Shown here in pieces: positions 1-11,087 of a DNA stretch of 64,000 nt (the first letter of the stretch is position 1; the number at the start of each line of letters is the position of its first letter). The stretch lies in NCBI GenBank assembly GCA_965232515.1, contig CBDDPY010000002.1, forward strand, positions 1,344,001 to 1,408,000, written 5' to 3'. The notes under the pieces are model-generated. The model saw only the letters and a list, made by a program, of their open reading frames with translations. It searched no databases and was not told the origin of the DNA. Source of the stretch: Alphaproteobacteria bacterium. GTDB taxonomy: Bacteria > Pseudomonadota > Alphaproteobacteria > GCA-2731375. Position numbers and translations under genes: made by a program.

Positions 1-945
1 TGGTCGACGCTCTATGCCGACATCCCGAAGGCGGAAGCGACCGGCAAGTTCGAGCTACGCCCGGAGAGCATGGTGCTGAAGATCAATCACAACGCCGACG
101 GCAAGGTCACGGGCGTCGTCTATGTCGATGCCGACGGCAACCGACAGGAACAGAAAGCCCGTGTGGTGGCCGTCGCCGGCAACTCGATCGAGACGCCGCG
201 GCTCTTGCTGAATTCGGAGTCGGCGCAGTTCCCGGACGGTCTGGCGAATTCCTCCGGTCAGGTCGGCCGCAATTACATGCGGCACACAACAGGCTCGGTG
301 TTCGGCATCATGCCGAAGCCGGTGAACTGGCACCGCGGCACGCAGATGGCGGGGCTGGTGGAGGACGAGGCCGGTCACCAGACCGATCGCGGCTTCGCCG
401 GCGGCTATTACCTTGAAACCCTGCCACTAGGGCTCGCCATCGCGCCGGCGGTGACACTGCCGGGCGCCTGGGGCCGCGACTATACGGCGAAGATGGAAAT
501 GTACGACCACTTCGCCGGCATGTGGATCTGTGGCGAGGACATGCCGCAGGAGAGCAATCGCATTACGCTCAACGACACGGAGCGCGACCAGTACGGCCTG
601 CCGATCCCGCACGTGCATTTCGACGACCACCAAAACGACAAGGCCATGCGCAACCATGCCTACAAGCAGGGCCGGGCGGTCTACGAGTCGTTGGGCGCAA
701 CGGATGCGATCGAAGTGCCGCCGTTCTCGTCGGGCCACAACATGGGCACCAGCCGGATGAGCGAGAAGCCAGAGGACGGTGTCGTCAACCAATGGGGCCA
801 GACCCACGACATCGCCAACCTGTTCATCTCGGACGGCAGCGTGTTCACGACGGGGGCGGCCTGCAACCCGACGCTGACCATCGTCGCGCTCGCCATCCGC
901 CAGGCCGATTACCTGGCCGATCAGATGGCGAAGAACGAGATCTGA
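1..945 (+). CDS. GMC-family oxidoreductase, C-terminal part (5' truncated by window)
   Basis: Frame open from base 1 (WSTLYADIPKAEATG...). GMC motifs AGNSIETPRLLLNS, GHNMGTSRM, NPTLTIVALA. Confidence 0.9.
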   Translation, partial: WSTLYADIPKAEATGKFELRPESMVLKINHNADGKVTGVVYVDADGNRQEQKARVVAVAGNSIETPRLLLNSESAQFPDGLANSSGQVGRNYMRHTTGSVFGIMPKPVNWHRGTQMAGLVEDEAGHQTDRGFAGGYYLETLPLGLAIAPAVTLPGAWGRDYTAKMEMYDHFAGMWICGEDMPQESNRITLNDTERDQYGLPIPHVHFDDHQNDKAMRNHAYKQGRAVYESLGATDAIEVPPFSSGHNMGTSRMSEKPEDGVVNQWGQTHDIANLFISDGSVFTTGAACNPTLTIVALAIRQADYLADQMAKNEI

Positions 946-960
946 GGGAGGGCAGGGACG

Positions 961-991
961 TGGCCGGGATCGGTGTTCGCGGTCCCGGCCA
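961..991. terminator. Hairpin between convergent genes, possible terminator
   Basis: TGGCCGGGA...TCCCGGCCA inverted repeat followed by TTCCTTTT on +. Confidence 0.55.
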
Positions 992-1006
992 TTCCTTTTG
1001 CAGGGA

Positions 1007-2005
1007 TCAAATTCCGAAGAAGGCGCGGGCGTTGCCGCCCAGGATTTGAGACTTGGCCGCCGCCGACAGCGTCGGATGGCCGCGAACCAAGCCGCCGACG
1101 GACTGTTCGCCGAGCGGGAAGGGGTAGTCGGAGCCAAGCATCACGCGTTCCTCGCCCATCACCGCCACCAGCAAGCTGAGCGCGCCCTCGTCGAAGACGG
1201 CGCTGTCGACGCAGAACCGGTCGACATAGCACGACGGGGGATTTGGGCAGTCCTCGCGCACAATGTCGCGTTGGCGCCAGGCGTTGTCGACCCGGCCCAG
1301 CAGGTAGGCGAAGCTGCCGCCGCCGTGCGCGAAGCAGAGCTTCAGCGACCGGGGCAGGCGTTCGAAGGCGCCGGACAGGACCAGCGAGAGGATCGCGAGC
1401 TGGGTTTCGGCCGGCATCGCCACCAGCCAGGGCAGCATGTACTTCGGCATGCGGTCGCGCGCCATCATGTCCCAGGGGTGCACCAGCACGGCCGCGTTCT
1501 CATCGGCGCAATGCTGCAGGAAGGTGATCAGGCCTTCGTCGTCCAGGTTCTTCTCGCCGACATGGTTGCCGATCTGCACGCCGAGATGGCCGTCGCGCAT
1601 GGCGCGGCTGACCTCGGCGCAGGCGAGGTCAATGTCCTGCAGCGGCACCTGGCACAGCGCCTTCAACCGGTCGGGCCGGTGGGCGCAGAGTTCGAGCGCG
1701 GCGTCGTTGAAGATCCGCGCGCAGTCTCGCGCCTGTTCGGCCGGCCGCATATAGGCGAACAGCAGCGGCGTCGCGCAGAGGATCTGCACATCGATGCCGT
1801 CGCGGTCCATCTCCGCCAGCCGCACGGCCGGGTTCCAGCAGGCCTCGTAGATCGGCCGGAATTCCCTGTCGCCCAGCATGACCATGGCTTTGCCGCCGCC
1901 CAGATGCTTCATCCACGGCCAGTCCGGCGTGCCGAAGCGTTCGGCGAGATCGGGCCAGGTCTCGGGAAAGAAATGGCTGTGCATGTCGACGATCAAGGAA
2001 CGCAA
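1007..2005 (-). CDS. nbaD: Amidohydrolase, probable ACMS decarboxylase
   Basis: DMHSH metal motif, [24 protein letters not shown]. Directly follows the 3-HAA dioxygenase. TTG start inferred. Confidence 0.85.
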   Translation of the reverse strand: MRSLIVDMHSHFFPETWPDLAERFGTPDWPWMKHLGGGKAMVMLGDREFRPIYEACWNPAVRLAEMDRDGIDVQILCATPLLFAYMRPAEQARDCARIFNDAALELCAHRPDRLKALCQVPLQDIDLACAEVSRAMRDGHLGVQIGNHVGEKNLDDEGLITFLQHCADENAAVLVHPWDMMARDRMPKYMLPWLVAMPAETQLAILSLVLSGAFERLPRSLKLCFAHGGGSFAYLLGRVDNAWRQRDIVREDCPNPPSCYVDRFCVDSAVFDEGALSLLVAVMGEERVMLGSDYPFPLGEQSVGGLVRGHPTLSAAAKSQILGGNARAFFGI

Positions 2006-2010
2006 CTCCC

Positions 2011-2610
<600 letters not shown>

Positions 2611-2707
2611 CTATACAGTCAGCCGGCCGGCGGCGGCATCAATCGTCGCAAACCCGGCCGGTCCGCTTGAGGCAGCACCTGTTGTCGTTGAAGACCCGGC
2701 CGAAGGC

Positions 2708-4018
2708 TTACGCCGCGACGTCGGGGCGCAGCAGGCATTCCGGCGGAAAGCGCAGTTCGACAAGCGTGCCGACGCCGACTTCGCTCTTGATGGTCAGCGT
2801 GCCGTTGTGCAGCTCGATCAGCTTTTTGGTCAGCGGCAGCCCGAGGCCGGCGCCGTCGGCGCTGCGGTCGTGGCCGCTGTCGAGCTGGACGAACGGCAGC
2901 AGGACCCGGTCCAGGTCCTCCGCCGCGATGCCGATGCCATCGTCGCGCACGGCGACCACCAGATCGCCGGCACGGTCGATGGTGACGGACAGGCCGATAT
3001 GGCCACTCGGCTCGGTGAACTTCACGGCATTCATCAGGAGGTTCAGCAGAATCTGCCGCATCCGGCGCTCGTCACCCGACATCGCCGGCAAGCCGTCGTC
3101 GATCTTGGCCTCGACCTTGACGCCCTTGCGGTCTGCCTGCGTCGACACCATGCGCAGGGCGACGGCCGCGGTCTCGCCGATGTCAATCGGCTGCATCTGG
3201 CAGTCGAGCTCGCCCGCCTCGGCCTTCGAGAAATCCAGAATGTCATTGATCAGCGAAAGCAGATGCGTGCCGCTGCTATGGATATCGGCGACATAGCTAT
3301 CGTATTGCGAGCTGCCAAGCGGCCCGTGGATGTTGTTGGCCATGGCCTCGGAGAAACCGATGATCGCATTCAACGGCGTGCGCAGTTCGTGGCTCATGGT
3401 CGCCAGGAATTCGGTCTTCGTGCGGTTGCCGGCCTCGGCGTCGTTCAACGCCTTCTGCAGATCGACGTTCGATTGACGCAATTGCTTGAACGTGTCGTCG
3501 AGCACCCGGTTCGGCATCACCTGCACCAGGATGGAAATCGAGCCGGCGGCAATCGCGGCGACGGCGGCAACCACGGCCGCATAGTAGGCGACGGGCAGCA
3601 TGCTTTTGGTCACGCTGACGGTCGCGACCCGCTGGGCCTCGAAGTAAACGGTGCGGGTGCGGACCATGGTCGGCCAGCGTTGGAAATAGCCCTTGGACAA
3701 GATGTTATCGCCATTGGCGTCCGCCAATTCGACAAAGATCTGCGTACCGTCGAGCTGACGGTCGGTCAGCAGGGCGTTCAGACGATCCATCTCCGCCTCC
3801 CAGGTCATGGGATTTGCGTACACGAAGCGGGTGACCTCGTCGGTCTGCTTGGTGACCTCAGCATAGAGATCGGTGATCTCATGGTTGAGCGTGATGGCGA
3901 CATAGCCGGCCGGCGCCGTGATCGCCATCAGTACGGCGATAACACCGACCAGATTGGCGACCAGCCGGTGGACGCGTTCGGCTTCGCGCTGCAGTGTGGA
4001 TGTATGCACGGCGTTCAT
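2708..4018 (-). CDS. Membrane sensor histidine kinase (PleC/DivJ-like H-box)
   Basis: Two TM segments, MSHELRTPLNAIIGFSE, NLLMNAVKFT, DDGIGI, GAGLGL. Confidence 0.9.
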   Translation of the reverse strand: MNAVHTSTLQREAERVHRLVANLVGVIAVLMAITAPAGYVAITLNHEITDLYAEVTKQTDEVTRFVYANPMTWEAEMDRLNALLTDRQLDGTQIFVELADANGDNILSKGYFQRWPTMVRTRTVYFEAQRVATVSVTKSMLPVAYYAAVVAAVAAIAAGSISILVQVMPNRVLDDTFKQLRQSNVDLQKALNDAEAGNRTKTEFLATMSHELRTPLNAIIGFSEAMANNIHGPLGSSQYDSYVADIHSSGTHLLSLINDILDFSKAEAGELDCQMQPIDIGETAAVALRMVSTQADRKGVKVEAKIDDGLPAMSGDERRMRQILLNLLMNAVKFTEPSGHIGLSVTIDRAGDLVVAVRDDGIGIAAEDLDRVLLPFVQLDSGHDRSADGAGLGLPLTKKLIELHNGTLTIKSEVGVGTLVELRFPPECLLRPDVAA

Positions 4019-4176
4019 TTCGAACCTATGAGATCGGTTTGGTCCCGATCGTTCCTGGTGGCGGCTGCACGACCCTTGGGTCGACCTGCAGCGATCTGAC
4101 GATTTCAGAAAACGCTGTGGTGGCGCGGTTTACACTCCGACCCCGCATATAGTTCGGAATTCTAATGTTTACGCCC

Positions 4177-4191
4177 TTAAGTTGAGGTTAA
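4177..4191. promoter_or_regulatory. CtrA-type box
   Basis: TTAA-gttgagg-TTAA (TTAA-N7-TTAA) upstream of the kinase. Confidence 0.6.
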
Positions 4192-4349
4192 GACCAGCAC
4201 CGCATGTCGTGGTTCGCCAAATGAGCCTGTGGCGGCGGCGATATGGTCAGTCCGGCGATTGCCGACAGGGGTCGGACCTGATCGATCCGGTACCGGCGAC
4301 GCGCTACTCCCCGCTTGACGCCGCGCCCTGGCGGCGCAATCTGTCTGAG

Positions 4350-5681
4350 ATGCCAGATGAAACCGACTTCGACCGTGCGCCTGGCGGTGCTGCCGCCTCC
4401 CGCCGGCGGCGACATGTCCCGGACCGGACGCCCGCGGCGCCCGGCGGATTGGGGCAATGGATCCGCGCCGCCGGGCTGTCCGCAATCCTTGCCTGTACGG
4501 TGCTGCCGCCCTCGGCGATGCCGGCAAATGGCGCGGAGAACGCCTGCGTTCAGGCCGGGACCTGGATCGATCCGAAGACCGGCGACGTGCTGGCGGTCGA
4601 CGCGCTGATATCGTCCCTGGCGACGCGGTCGGTTGTTCTGCTGGGCGAGCGCCATACGGACCCCGAACACCATCGCTGGCAGGCTGCGATGCTGGCCGCC
4701 CTGCAGGCTCACCGGCCGGCGCTTGCCGTCGGCTTCGAAATGTTTCCCCGCAGCGTGCAGCCGGCGCTTGATGCTTGGTCCCGGGGCGAACTGAGCACCG
4801 AGGCGTTCCTGCGCCAGTCACGATGGCGGGAAGTCTGGGGTTTTGACGAAGGACTCTATCTGCCGCTGCTGCACTTCGCGCGCGCGAACCGACTGCCGGC
4901 GCTGGCATTGAATGTCGAGCGCTCGCTGGTGGCGCGGGTCGGTCGCCAAGGCTGGAGGGCGGTGCCCGCGGCAGAGCGCGAAGGATTGACGGACCCGGCC
5001 GAGGCAACCGCGGACTATCGGCAATCATTGGTGCGTATCTATGCCCAAACGCATCGCGAGAGCGGCGCCGAGAATGCGACTGAAGACGCCGCGCCGGACC
5101 TCAAAGCCATCATGGCCGAGCCGGCGTTTCAGAACTTCGTCGCGGCGCAACTGACCTGGGACCGGGCCATGGCGGAGGCGATCGCCGCCGCGCGCGAGGC
5201 CGATCCGTCCAGGCTGGTGATCGGCATCATGGGGCGTGGCCATATCGAACATGGCTGGGGCGTGCCGCACCAGCTTGCGGACCTCGGCATTGCCGACGTT
5301 GCCGTGCTGCTGCCGATGACGGCGACGGCAGCCTGCGACGACATGGCCCCGGACCTGGCCGACGCCGTGTTCATCGTCGACGCGTCGGACGCGTCCGAGG
5401 CGCCGCCGGACCGACCGCGCCTGGGCGTAATGGTCGAGCGGGCCGATGACGGGGTCCGGGTCCTGCAGGTGGTCGACGACAGCGTCGCCGCGGCCGCCGA
5501 GCTTGTCGCCGGCGACATCATCGTCATGGCGGCGGGCCAGCCGATCAAGCGCCGCGCGGAGCTGATCGCGGTCATCCAGCGGCAGGCGCCCGGCACCTGG
5601 CTGCCGCTCGATATCAAGCGTGACGGCGAGATCATGCAACGGATCGCCAAGTTTCCCACCGCCGCAAACGACAACCCGTGA
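4350..5681 (+). CDS. ChaN-family (DUF399) protein with C-terminal PDZ domain; start uncertain
   Basis: VVLLGERHTDPEHHRWQ, GFEMF, AQLTWDRAMA, GRGH. C-terminal RPRLGVMVE...GDII PDZ-like segment. Confidence 0.8.
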   Translation: MPDETDFDRAPGGAAASRRRRHVPDRTPAAPGGLGQWIRAAGLSAILACTVLPPSAMPANGAENACVQAGTWIDPKTGDVLAVDALISSLATRSVVLLGERHTDPEHHRWQAAMLAALQAHRPALAVGFEMFPRSVQPALDAWSRGELSTEAFLRQSRWREVWGFDEGLYLPLLHFARANRLPALALNVERSLVARVGRQGWRAVPAAEREGLTDPAEATADYRQSLVRIYAQTHRESGAENATEDAAPDLKAIMAEPAFQNFVAAQLTWDRAMAEAIAAAREADPSRLVIGIMGRGHIEHGWGVPHQLADLGIADVAVLLPMTATAACDDMAPDLADAVFIVDASDASEAPPDRPRLGVMVERADDGVRVLQVVDDSVAAAAELVAGDIIVMAAGQPIKRRAELIAVIQRQAPGTWLPLDIKRDGEIMQRIAKFPTAANDNP

Positions 5682-7651
5682 AACCGCTGCTCGCCGCCAT
5701 CGGCGCACTGGCATTGTCACTTGCGTCCGCCGTCGTCGCGGCCGACGGGCGGATCCATCACGACATCGACATACGCCTGGATCCGGCGACGGGCCGGATC
5801 TCGATAAACGATGCTGTGCAGGTCGATCGCGGCGGAGATCTCGACGTATCGCTTGCCGACTGGCTCTCGATCGAAAGCGCCCGGCTCGGCGACCGGCCAG
5901 TCGAGATCCAACAACGGGCAGGCGGCTGGCGCCTCAAGCTGCCGACCGGCGACAGCCGGGTTGTCGCGCTCGAACTGAGGGGGCAGATTCCGCCATTGCC
6001 GACAAACGGCCGGCCGCGGACGGCCGGCGGCGTGTCGGGCGTCGAGGGCAGCTACCTGCCGGGCTATGCCGGCTGGCTGCCCCGGTTCGGCGATGGCCCG
6101 ATCAGCTATCGCCTGCGCGTCGAGACGCCGCTGCCCCACCGCGCGGTCGCCACCGGCCGCCTGGTTGATGAAACGGACGACGGCGAGACCTATGGCGCCA
6201 CCTTCATGGCCGACCGGCCGACGGAGCCACCGTCGCTGTTCGCCGGACCGTTCGACATCAGCGAGCGACAACACGGCGAGATCCGCCTCCGAACCTATTT
6301 TCATCCCGAGTTGGCAAGCCTCGCCGACGATTACCTGACGACGTCGGCTGCCTATCTCGACCGCTTCGCGGCGGCGATCGGCGTCTATCCCTACGATGAC
6401 TTCCATATCGTCTCGGCGCCGTTGCCGGTCGGTCTCGGCTTTCCGAATTTGACCTATGTCGGACGGCGGGTGCTGCCGCTGCCGTTCATGCGCGGCCGTT
6501 CTCTGGCGCACGAGATCCTGCACAACTGGTGGGGCAACGGCGTCGCGGTGAACTATGCCGACGGCAATTGGTCCGAGGGACTGACAACGTACATGGCCGA
6601 CTATGCCGTGGTCGCCGACCGAGGCGCCGACGCGGCGCGCGAAATGCGCCTCGGCTGGCTGCGGGACTATGCCGCCCTGCCGGACTCGCGCGACATGCCG
6701 GTGACGCGGTTTACCGCGAAACGGCACGATGCCGCGCAGGTCGTCGGCTACAACAAGGTCGCCTTTATCTTTCACATGTTGCGGCAGGAAATCGGCGATG
6801 CCGCGTTCACCGCGGCGCTTAGACAGTTTTGGCAGGACCGGCAATTGCAAACCGCCGGTTGGACTGAACTCAAAGCGGCGTTCGAAGAGGCGCACGGCGA
6901 GGGGCTTGGCTGGTTCTTCGATCAATGGCTCGATCAGGCCGGCGCGCCGCGTATCGAGCTCGGTCCGATCGTCGTTGGCGACGACGGCCAACATACGGTG
7001 ACGGTAACGCTGCGCCAAACCCCGCCGGCCTATCGACTAAGCGTGCCGGTGATGATCGAAACCGAGGCCGGCCGCGAACGCCGGTCGATCCAACTTGACG
7101 GGCAGGCAGGTGCCGCGACGTTGCGGCTCGCCGCCCGGCCGTTCGCCATCCACGTGGACCCGGACCATGATTTGTTCCGCCGGCTGCTGCCGGGCGAGAG
7201 CCCACCGATCTTCCGCGACGTTACGCTCGCCGCCGATACCCGGACGCTGATCCTGACCGACGACGAGGCCGCGCGGGCAACCGCGCGACGTCTTGCCGAT
7301 CGGCTGCTCGATACGCCGCTTCAGCTCATCGACGCCCGGGCCGATGCGCCGGACCGCTATCCGCTGCTGGTGATCGGCCTGGCCGAGCAGGTCCGGCCAG
7401 CGTTGCGGAGGGCGGGTCTCGCCAGCCGGCTCGACGGCGCCGGCACGGCGCGGGCCTGGGCCACACGCCGGCCGAACGGCCAACCGGTCTTGGTCGTAAC
7501 GGCGGCGGATGGCGACGCGCTCGGCGCGCTGCTGCGGCCGCTGCCGCACTATGGCCGCAAGAGCTTTGCGGTGTTCCAGGGACGCCGGGCGATCGATACC
7601 GGCGTCTGGCCCGTGCGCGACAGCCCGTTGCGGCGCGTTCTCCTGGACTGA
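5678..7651 (+). CDS. Secreted M1-family zinc aminopeptidase
   Basis: Signal peptide, HEILHNWWGN...WSEGLTTY gluzincin motif, VGYNK. 4-bp overlap with upstream gene. Confidence 0.9.
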   Translation: MKPLLAAIGALALSLASAVVAADGRIHHDIDIRLDPATGRISINDAVQVDRGGDLDVSLADWLSIESARLGDRPVEIQQRAGGWRLKLPTGDSRVVALELRGQIPPLPTNGRPRTAGGVSGVEGSYLPGYAGWLPRFGDGPISYRLRVETPLPHRAVATGRLVDETDDGETYGATFMADRPTEPPSLFAGPFDISERQHGEIRLRTYFHPELASLADDYLTTSAAYLDRFAAAIGVYPYDDFHIVSAPLPVGLGFPNLTYVGRRVLPLPFMRGRSLAHEILHNWWGNGVAVNYADGNWSEGLTTYMADYAVVADRGADAAREMRLGWLRDYAALPDSRDMPVTRFTAKRHDAAQVVGYNKVAFIFHMLRQEIGDAAFTAALRQFWQDRQLQTAGWTELKAAFEEAHGEGLGWFFDQWLDQAGAPRIELGPIVVGDDGQHTVTVTLRQTPPAYRLSVPVMIETEAGRERRSIQLDGQAGAATLRLAARPFAIHVDPDHDLFRRLLPGESPPIFRDVTLAADTRTLILTDDEAARATARRLADRLLDTPLQLIDARADAPDRYPLLVIGLAEQVRPALRRAGLASRLDGAGTARAWATRRPNGQPVLVVTAADGDALGALLRPLPHYGRKSFAVFQGRRAIDTGVWPVRDSPLRRVLLD

Positions 7652-7714
7652 GACGACGGCTGACGCCGCGGTCGCACCGGGCCGCGAAAGACCTGTTCCG
7701 GCGCCGCAGCGCCG

Positions 7715-8143
7715 TCAGATCACCGGTCCGGTCGCAACAACGACCTGCCAGACGATCAACAGCGTGCCGATCCAGGCAACCGTGAAGGCCAACGTGCGGA
7801 GATAGGGGATGCCGGCGATGTGGACGACCGCCTGCGCCACGCGTCCCCAAAAGAACAGCCGGGCGCCCAATGCCGTCAGGTCATTGCTGGCGCCAACGAC
7901 TTCGGCGATCAGCACGACGGCGGCGAATGGCAACAGGTTCTCGACCAGGTTCATATGCGCGCGCTGGCTGCGCTTTGCCCAGTCCGGCAGGTCGTCGTAC
8001 CTGCCGGTCGGATAGCCCATCATCGCCGGCAATCCGCGCACGCCGACGCCGGCAAGAACATAGGGAATCCAGAGCAACAAGCAGAGCAGGGCACTGTACG
8101 CCAACAAACGCAGATCCACGGTGAGCATCACCTCGGGTTCCAT
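7715..8143 (-). CDS. MAPEG family membrane protein
   Basis: RSQRAHMNLVENLLPFA motif and four TM helices. Confidence 0.85.
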   Translation of the reverse strand: MEPEVMLTVDLRLLAYSALLCLLLWIPYVLAGVGVRGLPAMMGYPTGRYDDLPDWAKRSQRAHMNLVENLLPFAAVVLIAEVVGASNDLTALGARLFFWGRVAQAVVHIAGIPYLRTLAFTVAWIGTLLIVWQVVVATGPVI

Positions 8144-8398
8144 GGCGGTTTCCTCCTGTTCGGATCGAGCCCTCCCGAATCTCCCATGCTGAACGTTACC
8201 GCAAATCAGCGATGTCTACTATGTGGACACCCGCTAAAATTGCAGACAAATACGCGTAAAGATGGCTGACATTCGTAGTTAACGAAGCGTGAACACGCTA
8301 GGCCGCCGGACCGCGAGCGGCCATAATATGGATGAGGTCCAGTCCCGCTTCGCGGCGTTCAAATCGGCGCGGAGCCTTGGTTTCGCGGGAGACAGTCA

Positions 8399-8767
8399 AT
8401 GCGTACCGGTAAGACGATGCTCTGGACCCTGATGCTGACGCTGTTGCTGGCGGCGCCGGCCGGCGCCAACGACTTCACGACCGCGCTCGACGCTTTCAAG
8501 CGCGGCGATGTGCTTTCCGCCCTCGAGGATTTTCACGCCCTGGCGGACCGGGGCAGCGCCAAGGCACAGCTAAAGCTGGGCCTGATCTATGCCAAGGGAC
8601 AGGGCGTACCGCGCGATCTGGCACAGGCGCATATGTGGTTCGCACTGGCGGCCGACCAGGGCTCGTCGCCGGCGAGCCAGAACCTCGACCTCCTGTCGCT
8701 CTGGCTGACGCCGGAGCAGCGCGCCGAGGCCGAGCGCCTGACAACGGAATGGCGGTCCCTGCACTAG
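8399..8767 (+). CDS. Secreted Sel1-repeat protein
   Basis: Signal peptide; AQLKLGLIYAKGQGVPRDLAQAHMWF. Confidence 0.85.
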   Translation: MRTGKTMLWTLMLTLLLAAPAGANDFTTALDAFKRGDVLSALEDFHALADRGSAKAQLKLGLIYAKGQGVPRDLAQAHMWFALAADQGSSPASQNLDLLSLWLTPEQRAEAERLTTEWRSLH

Positions 8768-8870
8768 CTGCAAGGCCGCCGGGCACCGGCGGACAACTGA
8801 AGCCGGCATCGTTGATTCAGGTAGATCGAAGCGGCAAGCTTGGCGCGTGAATTGTGCCGGAGGGCGCGAC

Positions 8871-9377
8871 GTGCCAGCGGAATTCGAGATCAGCATCGCG
8901 AAGCCGGCTGACGCCGCCGCCGTCGACGCCCTGCTCGCGGCATCCTATCCGGTTCTGATGCGCCCGGGCTACGAGCCGGCGATCCTGGCCGCGGCGCTGC
9001 CCCATATGACACGGTCGAGCCCAACACTGCTGTCCTCCGACACCTACTATCTGGCGAGATCCGCGACCGGCGACGTCGTCGGCGCCGGCGGCTGGACGCG
9101 AGAGCGGCCGGGCAGTGGCGAGGTGGTGCCGGAACTCGGGCATATCCGGCATTTCGCGACCCATCCAGACTGGGTCGGGCGCGGCGTCGGTCGCCAAATC
9201 TTTGGGCGTTGCGCCGAGGCGGCCCGGGCGGCCGGCATAAGGCGCTTCGAATGCTCTGCCAGCCTGAACGCCGAGGGCTTCTACGCGGCGCTCGGCTTCA
9301 ACCGATTGGGGTACATCGAGGTGCAGATGGGGCCCGTCACGACATTTCCCGGCGCCCTGATGATGCGGTCACTTTGA
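8871..9377 (+). CDS. GNAT N-acetyltransferase
   Basis: FATHPDWVGRGVG acetyl-CoA motif, ASLNAEGFYAALGF. Confidence 0.85.
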   Translation: MPAEFEISIAKPADAAAVDALLAASYPVLMRPGYEPAILAAALPHMTRSSPTLLSSDTYYLARSATGDVVGAGGWTRERPGSGEVVPELGHIRHFATHPDWVGRGVGRQIFGRCAEAARAAGIRRFECSASLNAEGFYAALGFNRLGYIEVQMGPVTTFPGALMMRSL

Positions 9378-10346
9378 AGCCCGGTCGCGCGTTCGCGTCG
9401 CGCCGGGCGAAACGAGAAACGGCGCCCAGCGACCGACCGCGCCGGCAACGCCCTTCGGCAGCAGATAGACGATCAGGATCAAAATGATGCCCTGGGCCGG
9501 CAGCGACAACGCCGCCGACGTGCTGGCCGAGAGGTCGGGCAGGAACTGCACCAGCAGGCCGCCGAACACCGCCCCCCAGACCGAATTCAGACCGCCGGCG
9601 ACGGCGCCGACCAGCAGCATGATAGCGAAGAACAGCGTGTAGCTGTCCGGCGCGATGTAGTCGGTCAAGAGCGCGACGATGCCGCCGGCGACGCCGGCGT
9701 AGGCGGCGCTGACGCCGAAGATCGTGGTCTTGTAGATGGTGACGTTGACGCCCATGGGCGCGGCGGCGATCTCGTTGTCGCGGATCGCCTTCAAGGCCCG
9801 CCCGACCCGGCCTTGCATCAGATTGCCGGCCAACCAAATCAGGAGCAGCAGCACGACGAGCGTCACCAGATGCCACCACTGATCGTCGCTCAACGCCAGG
9901 CCGAACGGCGCGGACGGTCGGTCAAGATAGATCCCCTGCACGCCACCGGTCAGCGGCTCGAGATGGCGCGACTTCAGAATCTGCGGCACGGCCACAGCCA
10001 ATGCCCAGGTCGCCAGCGCCAGATGCACCAGCGACAACCGCAACGCCGGCCAGCCGAACAGAAAACCGGCGACGAAGGCCGCTGCACCAGCAGCAAGAAG
10101 GCCGACATATGGGCCAAGCCCGGCATCCTGCATGGTCAGCGCCATGGCATAGGCGCCGACGGCGAAGAAGGCGCTGTGGCCGATGGAAAACTGCCCACTC
10201 AACCCAGTCAGCAGATTTATGCCGAGGATGGCGATGGCGTAAGCGCCGGCGAGCGTGAAGCGATAAAGCGTGTAGCCCTCGAGGACGAAGGCCATGCCGA
10301 ACGCGACGGCGACGAACAACACGATGGCGAGCTGGCGGGGAGTCAC
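9369..10346 (-). CDS. Branched-chain amino acid ABC permease (LivM-like), orphan
   Basis: GQFSIGHSAFFAVGAY, GRALKAIRDNEIAA, multiple TMs. Confidence 0.85.
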   Translation of the reverse strand: MTPRQLAIVLFVAVAFGMAFVLEGYTLYRFTLAGAYAIAILGINLLTGLSGQFSIGHSAFFAVGAYAMALTMQDAGLGPYVGLLAAGAAAFVAGFLFGWPALRLSLVHLALATWALAVAVPQILKSRHLEPLTGGVQGIYLDRPSAPFGLALSDDQWWHLVTLVVLLLLIWLAGNLMQGRVGRALKAIRDNEIAAAPMGVNVTIYKTTIFGVSAAYAGVAGGIVALLTDYIAPDSYTLFFAIMLLVGAVAGGLNSVWGAVFGGLLVQFLPDLSASTSAALSLPAQGIILILIVYLLPKGVAGAVGRWAPFLVSPGATRTRDRASK

Positions 10347-10531
10347 AGGAACAGTTCAGTCGACGCAATGTAAGAAAGCGGTACCTGGCGTGGCGGGCGA
10401 CCTGCCGATGGTCCCCGTCAGCCTAAGCCGAACATATCGGTATGCAAATGGCCTAAAGCCGGCCGGACGCCCGACGCGCGATGTTCCGCCCCGGCCGACG
10501 CAGCGGCAACGCAATCGAACTCGCGCCTTTT

Positions 10532-10554
10532 AATATGCATTCAAAATACCTATT
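10532..10554. promoter_or_regulatory. NsrR/Rrf2-type operator
   Basis: AATATGCATTCAAAATACCTATT resembles the 11-1-11 NsrR consensus AAGATGCATTTnAAATACATCTT (4 mismatches). Confidence 0.6.
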
Positions 10555-10641
10555 TTTAAGGCATGGCAGGGCGGCTGCATGGAAATTGGTGTGCAACCGG
10601 CCATTATGCCGACGCAGCGGTAACAGACGGCATTCGGATCG

Positions 10642-11082
10642 ATGCACACCACCTTCCTTTTCGTTCACCTGGTTGCCGCCACGATCTGGGCCGGCGGACA
10701 CCTGGTACTGGCGGCGAGCCTCCTGCCGCAGGCGCTGGCGAAGCGCGACCCGGATCTGGTGCTCGGCTTTGAGCGCGTCTATGAGCGGATCGGTCTCCCG
10801 GCCATGGCGATCCAGGTCGTCAGCGGGCTTTGGCTTGCTTATCATCTTCGACCGGGTTTCGCGACCTGGCTGGACTGGAGCGATCCCGTGGCGCTGACGA
10901 TCTGCCTGAAGCTCGCCTGCCTTGCCGGAACCGTCGCGCTGGCCGTTCATGCGCGGTTGTTCATCATTCCGCGGCTGGATACGGCGCGCCTGCCAATGCT
11001 GGGCGCCCACATCGTCGCCGTCACCGTGTTGGCGCTCCTGTTCCTTTGGCTCGGGCTCGCCTTCCGCTATGGCGGGGTCTGA
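10642..11082 (+). CDS. CopD-like 4-TM membrane protein
   Basis: HLVAATIWAGG, FERVYERIGLPA, KLACL. Confidence 0.7.
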   Translation: MHTTFLFVHLVAATIWAGGHLVLAASLLPQALAKRDPDLVLGFERVYERIGLPAMAIQVVSGLWLAYHLRPGFATWLDWSDPVALTICLKLACLAGTVALAVHARLFIIPRLDTARLPMLGAHIVAVTVLALLFLWLGLAFRYGGV

Positions 11083-11087
11083 GACGC

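Noticed and set aside
8279-8294. CtrA-like TTAA-N7-TGAAC before the Sel1 gene
   Set aside because: Mismatch in the second half-site; too weak alone.
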